From: Candidatus Moranella endobia PCIT
GTDB lineage: Bacteria; Pseudomonadota; Gammaproteobacteria; Enterobacterales; Enterobacteriaceae
Assembly: GCF_000219175.1 (NCBI RefSeq)
Contig: NC_015735.1
Location: 360,001-392,000 of the forward strand
DNA length: 32,000 nt
Reading direction: 5' to 3'
Position numbers and translations under genes: made by a program. This document shows positions 24,373-32,000 of the stretch, in pieces (position 1 is the stretch's first letter; each line of letters opens with the position of its first letter). The notes below the pieces were generated by a model. The model did no database searches and was not told the DNA's origin. It was given only the letters and a program-made list of their open reading frames with translations.

Positions 24373-24435
24373 TACATAAATGCGGTTAACTAGTTCGGTA
24401 GGATACATTTGGTAATATTGTCCTTCTGCTTCATG
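24373..24435 (-). pseudogene. yggX: yggX (Fe(II)-trafficking family) relic
   Basis: Minus strand reads [21 protein letters not shown], matching E. coli YggX [21 protein letters not shown]. Directly upstream of mltC, where yggX lies in E. coli. Degenerate A/T-rich sequence precedes it. Confidence 0.8.
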
Positions 24436-24703
24436 CTTTTTTTATATAAGTATATAAGTATAAGTACTGTTTTGTATTTAGGCTGCCGCAGGTATATACA
24501 CCATAATAATGCCAACAGACATTATCATCTAATAGTTTTTTAGCATTAGTTATTAGTTGCGTGCGCCCACAGTAACGATTGACGCTTGCTTCTTAACATT
24601 ACACAGGCTATAAATTATTGCAATTATGCTATTTACCTGTTTGCTAAACGGCACTAGCTTTGCATAATGCTTGTTTGCAAACTATTGAGCATGGCGGAAC
24701 TTT

Positions 24704-25432
24704 ATGCATCATCCGTTCATTTCAACTGAATTAGATACAGATACACATAAAACAGCGCGGGGGCGGATTCGTAGTTTTGTTAGGCGTAAGGGTCGTCTTA
24801 CCAAAAGGCAACAGCAGGCGTTAGATACGCTTTGGCCAGCGATGGGAACAAACTATCAGGCGCAGCCGCTCAATCTAGATGTGCTGTTCGGCCGTTCAAT
24901 GCCGGTCACGATGGATATTGGGTTTGGTATGGGAGCATCTCTGGTTAACATGGCGGCGTCGCATCCAGAACAGCATTTTCTAGGGATTGAGGTTTACTTA
25001 CCTGGCGTCGGTGCTTGTCTTGCCAGCGCACAGGAAGCTGGTATAAGCAATCTGCGCGTAATATATCACGATGTAGTGGAAGTGCTGGAACAGATGATTC
25101 CGGATATGTCTCTTGCACTGGTGCAGTTGTTTTTCCCTGATCCCTGGCATAAAGCGCGGCATAATAAACGACGCATTATACAGTCACAGTTTGTCGATCT
25201 GGTAGGACGTAAGCTGTCTAACACCGGTGTTTTTCATATGGCTACTGACTGGCAACCTTATGCTGAACATATGTTGGCAGTCATGTCCGAGGCGGAATTT
25301 TTCCGTAACCTTTCTGCCACCGGGGACTATGTTCCACGGCCGGCGGCTCGCCCGTTTACCCATTTTGAACAGCGCGGTAAGCGACTCGGTCATGGTGTGT
25401 GGGATTTAATGTTTGAAAAAATACTGATCTGA
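24704..25432 (+). CDS. trmB: tRNA (guanine-N7)-methyltransferase TrmB
   Basis: [17 protein letters not shown]-like start, [24 protein letters not shown] and [20 protein letters not shown]. Confidence 0.96.
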   Translation: MHHPFISTELDTDTHKTARGRIRSFVRRKGRLTKRQQQALDTLWPAMGTNYQAQPLNLDVLFGRSMPVTMDIGFGMGASLVNMAASHPEQHFLGIEVYLPGVGACLASAQEAGISNLRVIYHDVVEVLEQMIPDMSLALVQLFFPDPWHKARHNKRRIIQSQFVDLVGRKLSNTGVFHMATDWQPYAEHMLAVMSEAEFFRNLSATGDYVPRPAARPFTHFEQRGKRLGHGVWDLMFEKILI

Positions 25433-25696
25433 GCAACATGCATGTTGTACAAACACCGTCATGCGTTATTGATGAATGACAGTCTGGTAGGATCAGACAG
25501 TAGTACTACTATACCGTTCAGGATGAAAATCGGCCTGGCAACATGTGCGGCCAAAAAATAGCATAACAGTGTGTCTAACAAACGGCTCTTGTCCCACCCA
25601 AGCATCTTAACTTCATACCGCTACACTAGATTACATGGAGAAAGATATAGCGGTATGAATAACGTTTAGTTAGAATATAACCTTCCTGATATTGAT

Positions 25697-26326
25697 TTGT
25701 CTGTGCACGCGTTGACTCATAAAAAAAAATCTATAGTAAACCAAAAAGCCAGTTACCCAGGTCACATAAGAATTATCGGCGGGTACTGGCGCGGTCGTAC
25801 CATACCAGTACTTGACAGGCAGTATCTACGCCCAACTACCAATATCGCCCGGGAAACTCTGTTCAATTGGCTGGCACCAGTTATCCAGGACGCGCAATGC
25901 CTGGATTGTTTCACCGGTAGCGGTGCGTTAGGTCTGGAAGCGCTGTCTCGCGGTGCGGCTAGCGTTACGTTTCTGGAACAAGATCGTGCGGTTAGTGCGC
26001 AACTAAAGAAGAATTTGCGGGTATTGCAGACGCAGCAAGCGCTGGTTATCACTGTAGACAGCTTGCGTTGGCTGGCGCAACCTGGCAACGTTTTTGATGT
26101 GGTTTTTATTGATCCACCCTTCCTCCCAGGCATGATAACTGCCACAGTGGCCATACTGGAGCAGTATCAGCGTCTGGCCGACGAAGCCTGGATTTACATG
26201 GAAACCGCAACAGAAGAACCTACACCAGCAGTACCGACATCTTGGCAACTCTATCGGGAAAAGTTTACGTTGCAAGTAGCGTACCGGCTATATCGGTATA
26301 GCCGTCACGTTACGCTTGAGAAATAA
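25697..26326 (+). CDS. rsmD: 16S rRNA (guanine(966)-N2)-methyltransferase RsmD
   Basis: IRIIGGYWRGR, ARETLFNWLAPVIQDAQCLDCFTGSGALGLEALSRGA and FIDPPF. The exact start is uncertain (TTG/GTG candidates). Confidence 0.93.
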   Translation: MSVHALTHKKKSIVNQKASYPGHIRIIGGYWRGRTIPVLDRQYLRPTTNIARETLFNWLAPVIQDAQCLDCFTGSGALGLEALSRGAASVTFLEQDRAVSAQLKKNLRVLQTQQALVITVDSLRWLAQPGNVFDVVFIDPPFLPGMITATVAILEQYQRLADEAWIYMETATEEPTPAVPTSWQLYREKFTLQVAYRLYRYSRHVTLEK

Positions 26327-26497
26327 TAATACTATTACTTACTTCGTACCCAACATGATTATCAATCATGTAATCATTATTACTTGATTGAGTGTACCGC
26401 ATATGCATCGGTGTGAGCACAGGTATATTCCAGCGCACTCATTCACTATCAGTTAGTGAATAATGCTAAAGCAAATATTCTTATTAAGAGGTATTAA

Positions 26498-27709
26498 ATG
26501 AAACGTGCGGTGATTACCGGCCTGGGGATTTTATCAAGTATCGGTAACGACCAAACAGAAGTTTTGGCCTCGTTGCAACAAGGTTGCTCCGGGATTACCT
26601 TTTCCCAAGAATTTAAAAATTCTGGCATGCGCAGCCATGTGTGGGGCAATGTCAAACTAGATACTACCAAGTTGATTGATCGCAAAATGGCGCGCTTTAT
26701 GAGTGATGCATCTATCTACGCCTTTCTGTCCATGGAGCAGGCGATAGAAGATGCCTGCTTGCCACCCGACATAGTTTCTAACGATCGTACCGGACTTATC
26801 GTGGGATCAGGCGGGGGATCGCCACGCAATCAGGTGGCCGGATCCGACGGCATGCGCGCCCGTGGTCTACGCGGCGTGGGACCCTATATGGTCACTAAAT
26901 CTATGGCATCCGGCGTTTCTGCATGCCTAGCAACGTCTTTCAAAATTCGCGGTATTAATTATTCAATTAGCTCTGCCTGTTCTACATCCGCGCATTGTAT
27001 TGGTAATGCAATGGAAATAGTCCAGCTTGGTAAACAAGATGTGGTATTCGCGGGCGGTGGTGAAGAACTTTGCTGGGAAATGGCATGTGAATTCGATGCT
27101 ATGGGTGCGTTATCAACCCACTACAATGAAACGCCAGGGAAAGCTTCACGTACTTATGATGTTAATCGCGACGGTTTTGTTATCAGCGGTGGCGGCGGCA
27201 TTGTGGTAGTGGAAGAGCTGGAACATGCCCTGGCCAGAGGCTCCCATATTTATGCCGAAATCATCGGTTATGGCGCAACCTCCGATGGCGCAGACATGGT
27301 AGCGCCTTCCGGCGAAGGCGCTACCCGCTGTATGCGTATGGCTCTAAACAATGTCAATACTCCTGTTGAGTATCTTAATGTTCATGGCACATCCACTCCA
27401 GTTGGCGACGTAAAAGAACTGTTGGCAATCCGTACAACCTTCTGCGGCCAGCAACCAGCATTATCATCTACCAAAGCGATGACTGGTCACGCGCTAGGGG
27501 CAGCAGGAGTGCACGAAACGATCTTTACTTTACTGATGCTAGAGCATAATTTCATTGCACCGAGTATTAATATTGAACAGCTGGATCCGCAGGCAGAAGG
27601 GATGAACGTTATTACCGAGCTAACCCAGCGTAAATTGACCACTGTTATGAGCAACAGTTTTGGTTTTGGTGGCACTAACGCAACACTGGTCATGCGGAAA
27701 TACTTCTAA
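26498..27709 (+). CDS. fabB: 3-oxoacyl-ACP synthase I
   Basis: [16 protein letters not shown], active-site [18 protein letters not shown] and [12 protein letters not shown]. Confidence 0.97.
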   Translation: MKRAVITGLGILSSIGNDQTEVLASLQQGCSGITFSQEFKNSGMRSHVWGNVKLDTTKLIDRKMARFMSDASIYAFLSMEQAIEDACLPPDIVSNDRTGLIVGSGGGSPRNQVAGSDGMRARGLRGVGPYMVTKSMASGVSACLATSFKIRGINYSISSACSTSAHCIGNAMEIVQLGKQDVVFAGGGEELCWEMACEFDAMGALSTHYNETPGKASRTYDVNRDGFVISGGGGIVVVEELEHALARGSHIYAEIIGYGATSDGADMVAPSGEGATRCMRMALNNVNTPVEYLNVHGTSTPVGDVKELLAIRTTFCGQQPALSSTKAMTGHALGAAGVHETIFTLLMLEHNFIAPSINIEQLDPQAEGMNVITELTQRKLTTVMSNSFGFGGTNATLVMRKYF

Positions 27710-28061
27710 GCTTATGAAGCTTATGCAAACAAGCTTGCTAATTTCCAGCCGAGTTATTTTGATTTGCATCCATTCAGTGGGATTCCTAACGCTAGGCTGC
27801 TTGGCGAAATTTATTGTCGGATATATCAGCCATTTCACCAGCGATTTTCTTCCATACCCATTACCACCCATGCTCTGTGTTCTTAATAAGTACTGCGACG
27901 GAGCAGTGGACAATTTTTAGATCTTGTCTCGTGTTTATGCCTTGTAAACCTGGTGAAAATAACCGTGCTCTTCGATGGATACTTATGTCTATGGCCAGCA
28001 GCAAAGCGTTTAGAACTATATTTTGCGTAACAGTGTTATTCTAGCCATATCGTCGGCGTTA

Positions 28062-28907
28062 TTATTGTATAACCTGAGCGTTCGGGAGATTATTTATAGC
28101 TGGGGTTGTAAGCTGGTTAGTATCGGTGATTATTACCATTGGTAATGTATCATCAGTGCGCAGCGTCATAATTTCACAGCCATTATCAGTTACAACGATC
28201 GTATGTTCGTACTGCGCTGACAGACTGCGATCTTTAGTTTTTACAGTCCAACCGTCTGGCATAGTGCGTATGCGGTAGTCGCCAGCGTTGACCATTGGCT
28301 CAATGGTCAACGCCATGCCAGGCTGCAACACCACACCGCCGTCTTCGGCATCATAATGTAATACCTGCGGCTCTTCATGAAAGTTTATTCCGATCCCGTG
28401 GCCGCAATACTCACGTACTACGGAGAAACGTTCGGCTTCAACGAACGTTTGAATCGTTTTACCGATGGTGCGCAGGCGGATACCAGGCCTGACCATGCGG
28501 ATAGCCCGATACAGACTTTCTTTGGTCACACGGCACAGCCTTTCGCCGATAATGGTTGGTTTGCCAACAATAAACATTTTTGATGTATCGCCGTGAAAGC
28601 CATCTTTGATGACTGTGACGTCAATATTCACAATGTCGCCATCTTTCAGGGTTTTTTTATGGCTTGGAATGCCATGGCAAACTACTTCATTCACTGAAAT
28701 ACAAACCGATTTAGGAAAACCGCGGTAGCCTAACGATGCAGAAACAGCATGCCGCCTGGTAATATGTTGGTAGCACAACAGATCCAGTTCGCCGGTACTG
28801 ACGCCGGGTTTAATGTGATTTTCAATCATTTCCAGCACCTCTGCTGCCAGCCGGCCGGAAACTCGCATGTGAGCGATCTCGTCTGATGTTTTAATATAAA
28901 TGGCCAT
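28062..28907 (-). CDS. map: type I methionine aminopeptidase
   Basis: MAIYIKTSDEIAHMRVSGRLAAEVLEMIE, NIDVTVIKDGFHGDTSKMF and CGHGIG; divergent from rpsB. Confidence 0.97.
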   Translation of the reverse strand: MAIYIKTSDEIAHMRVSGRLAAEVLEMIENHIKPGVSTGELDLLCYQHITRRHAVSASLGYRGFPKSVCISVNEVVCHGIPSHKKTLKDGDIVNIDVTVIKDGFHGDTSKMFIVGKPTIIGERLCRVTKESLYRAIRMVRPGIRLRTIGKTIQTFVEAERFSVVREYCGHGIGINFHEEPQVLHYDAEDGGVVLQPGMALTIEPMVNAGDYRIRTMPDGWTVKTKDRSLSAQYEHTIVVTDNGCEIMTLRTDDTLPMVIITDTNQLTTPAINNLPNAQVIQ

Positions 28908-29267
28908 AATAGTCCGCAATCGGCGTTCAGTTCAATGATATTATCATACAGTATTAATAGTATCAGTTCGATCCGATACTGCCACATGCTAAATGCTAAT
29001 TTATGCCAAGCTAGTCAAATATTTGGTGGAGTACGAGCGTGCTTTATGGTATAAAGCGCACCGAAGATAGGTATCAGCTTGTGTGTTGTTAAGCTACGTG
29101 AATTCTTTCAAGAAGAAACTAAATTGTGTTATCATAATAAACACGTATCGGCACATAGTATCGGCAGGAGTGCGTTGACCACCATTAATAGGTCAGCTAG
29201 CTGTATAGGAGGATACGTGGAGGCATAATCCCAACATAACCCAAATTTACTTATATAGAGGTTTATA

Positions 29268-29981
29268 ATGGCAACTGTTTCCATGCATGACCTGCTCCAG
29301 GCAGGTGTCCATTTTGGTCACCAAACCCGTTACTGGAATCCAAAAATGAAGCCTTTCATCTTTGGTGCTCGTAACAACGTTCACATTATCAATCTCGACA
29401 AAACCGTAGCAATGTTTAACGAAGCCCTAGCCGAGATAAACAAGATCGCAGCACGCAAAGGCAAAATTCTTTTTGTCGGGACCAAGCGCGCCGCCAGCGA
29501 ATCAGTCAAAGCAGCAGCTAAAAACTGCGATCAATTCTTTGTCAACTATCGTTGGTTAGGTGGCATGTTGACGAACTGGAAAACTGTTCGTCAATCCATT
29601 AAACGTTTAAAAGACCTAGAAGTACAGTCTCAGGACGGTACGCTTGAGCAGATGACTAAGAAAGAGGCATTGATGCGTACTCGTGAACTGGGTAAGCTAG
29701 AAAATAGCCTAGGCGGTATCAAAGATATGGGCGGTCTGCCGGACGCGCTGTTTGTTATAGATGCGGAACACGAACACATAGCTATAAAAGAAGCTAATAA
29801 TCTGGGCATTCCTGTATTCGCTATAGTTGATACTAACTCCGACCCTGCTGGCATTGGCTTCATTATTCCTGGTAATGACGACGCTATCCGAGCAATTAAC
29901 CTGTATCTTACCGTAGTTGCAACCACCGTTGGCGAAGGCCGGCATAATATGGCGGCACAATCTAGAGAAATACTTCTATAA
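29268..29981 (+). CDS. rpsB: 30S ribosomal protein S2
   Basis: [28 protein letters not shown] and further full-length matches. Confidence 0.98.
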   Translation: MATVSMHDLLQAGVHFGHQTRYWNPKMKPFIFGARNNVHIINLDKTVAMFNEALAEINKIAARKGKILFVGTKRAASESVKAAAKNCDQFFVNYRWLGGMLTNWKTVRQSIKRLKDLEVQSQDGTLEQMTKKEALMRTRELGKLENSLGGIKDMGGLPDALFVIDAEHEHIAIKEANNLGIPVFAIVDTNSDPAGIGFIIPGNDDAIRAINLYLTVVATTVGEGRHNMAAQSREILL

Positions 29982-30102
29982 ACTTAAACTAACAACATAA
30001 TAACTTAAGGTATTAATCACATTGACCATTAGTTAGTGGCTGTATTCAGGTATGATTTCCCCTGTCTACAACACGGAATAATAATAATGAGGAACAGATG
30101 AT

Positions 30103-30909
30103 ATGGCTGATATTACCGCTGCCCTGGTTAAAGCACTGCGTGAACGTACCGGCGCCGGTATGATGGAATGCAAGACAGCCCTCGTTGAAGCGCAGGGCGA
30201 TATCGAGCTAGCTATCAACAAAATGTATAATTCAGGCAAGGTAAAAGCTGCCAATAAAGCGGGAAGAATTGCTGCCGAAGGCCTAATACTGACCAACATT
30301 GCGCCGCACGGCAAATACGGTGTCATCATTGAGCTAAACTGTGAAACTGATTTCGTTGCTAAAGACAAATTATTTAGTAACTTTGGTGCTGCGGTCATCA
30401 CTGCGGCGCTGAATGAACGTATTGATGCTCTTGATTTGCTGAAGGATAAATTTGAAGACCAGCGCATCGCGCTGGTGTCAAAAATGGGTGAAAATATTAA
30501 TATCCGTCGCTTGGGCATTATGGAAGGAAACAGACTTGGTTCTTACTTGCACTATGCGCGCATTGGTGTCATAGTTGCAGCTACTGGCGCGAATGACGAA
30601 TTGATAAAGCACATTGCCATGCATATTGCCGCTAGCAAACCGGAATATATCAACACGGACGATATACCGGCTGATGTAGTAGCCCGTGAGCATCAAAGCA
30701 AGCTAGAAACAGCTATTCATGCCGGCAAAACGCGTGAAATAGCCGAGAAAATAGCTGCAGGTATGATACGTAAGTTCACTGGGGAGATTTCCCTGACTGA
30801 CCAGCACTTTGTTATGGATCCTAGCAAAACCGTCGGCCAGCTGTTAGAAGAACAAGGTGCTACAGTAAAAAGCTTTATACGTTTTGAGTTGGGTGAAGGC
30901 ATTCATTGA
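30103..30909 (+). CDS. tsf: elongation factor Ts, C-terminus truncated by frameshift
   Basis: [27 protein letters not shown]...[30 protein letters not shown]. The lost C-terminal tail continues in another frame. Confidence 0.97.
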   Translation: MADITAALVKALRERTGAGMMECKTALVEAQGDIELAINKMYNSGKVKAANKAGRIAAEGLILTNIAPHGKYGVIIELNCETDFVAKDKLFSNFGAAVITAALNERIDALDLLKDKFEDQRIALVSKMGENINIRRLGIMEGNRLGSYLHYARIGVIVAATGANDELIKHIAMHIAASKPEYINTDDIPADVVAREHQSKLETAIHAGKTREIAEKIAAGMIRKFTGEISLTDQHFVMDPSKTVGQLLEEQGATVKSFIRFELGEGIH

Positions 30910-30987
30910 AACAGCAAAAGTTGATTTCGCAGCCGAAGTTTCTGCCATGGGTCAGCAGCTTTATAAATGCAATAGTAGATCGATCAC

Positions 30988-31180
30988 ATGGCAACCAACA
31001 AAAAACCCCTTAATCAGCGCATCCTGCTTACTACATCGTGCTCCTGGCCCAGTGCGTGAACGAACTGGAACTGGTGATCCTGGTTGGTGTGGTTATCGGT
31101 GGCGGCAACAGTAATAATATATGATGATATGATTGAGCCTAGCAAACACGGTCCACCCGGATCACTCAGTCTAAAGGATT
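30988..31180 (+). pseudogene. pyrH: UMP kinase (pyrH), internally deleted remnant
   Basis: Starts ATG.. MATNKKPLNQRILL, then frame-shifted VNELELVILVGVVIGGGN (31056-31109), matching E. coli PyrH MATNAKPVYKRILLKLSG and KELVELGIQVGVVIGGGN. The remainder is missing. Lies between tsf and frr as expected. Confidence 0.85.
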
Positions 31181-31189
31181 CGTAATTTG

Positions 31190-31744
31190 ATGCACGCAAT
31201 ATGCAAAGATACTGATATACGCATGGAAAAATGTGTCGAAGCGTTCAAAAACCACATCAGTAAAGTACGCACAGGACGTGCTTCTCCGAGCCTGCTTGAC
31301 GGTCTTCAGATAGAATATTATGGTACTCTCACACCACTGCGCCAGTTGGCCAATGTTATTGCCGAAGATTCCCGTACTTTGGCTATCAATGTTTTTGACC
31401 GCATTTTGATCCCAGCGGTAGAAAAAGCTATTCTGTCCTCAGATCTAGGGCTAAACCCCTCGGTTGTCGGTACGATCATTCGTGTACCGCTGCCCCCGCT
31501 TACCGAAGATCGCCGCCGTGATATGATAAAAGCCGTGCGCGCTGAGGCAGAACAAGGCAGGGTGTCCGTGCGCAATATTCGTCGTGATGCCAACGACAAA
31601 GTGAAGACGCTGTTAAAAAATAAAACCATCAGTGAAGATGAAGAACGCCGTTCGCAAGAAGATATTCAAACAATTACCGATGCATGGATCAAAAAACTAG
31701 ATAGCGCCCTCGAGAAAAAAGAACATGAATTAATGGACATTTAA
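31190..31744 (+). CDS. frr: ribosome recycling factor
   Basis: [24 protein letters not shown] and [14 protein letters not shown]. Confidence 0.98.
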   Translation: MHAICKDTDIRMEKCVEAFKNHISKVRTGRASPSLLDGLQIEYYGTLTPLRQLANVIAEDSRTLAINVFDRILIPAVEKAILSSDLGLNPSVVGTIIRVPLPPLTEDRRRDMIKAVRAEAEQGRVSVRNIRRDANDKVKTLLKNKTISEDEERRSQEDIQTITDAWIKKLDSALEKKEHELMDI

Positions 31745-31899
31745 TGATTAATGATGCGCTGCCGGACAGCACATAGTATAGCAAGATGCGTGCATGTGAC
31801 TTAATCTAGATATAGCTGCAGCCATTGCCGTGCCGACCAATGCAGACAACGTTTGAGCGCTGGTAGTCAGTAAATATTGCCCATATCATATATTGCTGC

Positions 31900-32000
31900 C
31901 TGCCCATGCGACCAGGTCGCAGTTACTTCTACTTCAGGCCCACCTGGAAAAATTGATTCGTTAACTTTAGGCGCGCGGTATCCTCAATCGACAATCACTA
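31900..32000 (+). pseudogene. possible dxr relic (DXP reductoisomerase)
   Basis: SGPPGKIDSLTL..ARYPQSTIT weakly resembles Dxr [34 protein letters not shown], and dxr follows frr in E. coli. Confidence 0.25.

Noticed and set aside
30884-31114. 76-aa [29 protein letters not shown]...
   Set aside because: Not an independent gene. It is the frame-shifted 3' end of tsf running into the pyrH relic. Programmed frameshifting was considered, but no slippery sequence is evident.

Overview
This window is ordinary chromosome from a strongly reduced gammaproteobacterial (Enterobacterales-like) genome, most likely an insect endosymbiont. It encodes 27 core genes at roughly 80% coding density (hand-summed). 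Gene order follows several E. coli blocks: ftsH..secG-leuU-metY-(rimP)-nusA-infB-rbfA-truB-rpsO-pnp-deaD; ptsH-ptsI; rplM-rpsI; cls; rpsP-rimM-trmD-rplS; ffh; (yggX)-mltC|trmB; rsmD; fabB; map|rpsB-tsf-(pyrH)-frr. I found no mobile elements, CRISPR arrays, toxin systems or other accessory cassette, and nothing I could defend as a novel biological system. The notable content is gene erosion. There is a still-readable rimP pseudogene, a truncated pyrH relic with one well-matching block, and a short yggX relic abutting mltC. A CATT duplication frameshifts the last ~17 codons of tsf. The lipobox cysteine of mltC is replaced by Tyr, and the SRP GTPase motif DTAGR reads DTAGC in ffh. Several hairpins or palindromes sit in intergenic leaders. 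The lineage assignment is inference, and homology calls come from recalled protein sequences, not database searches.
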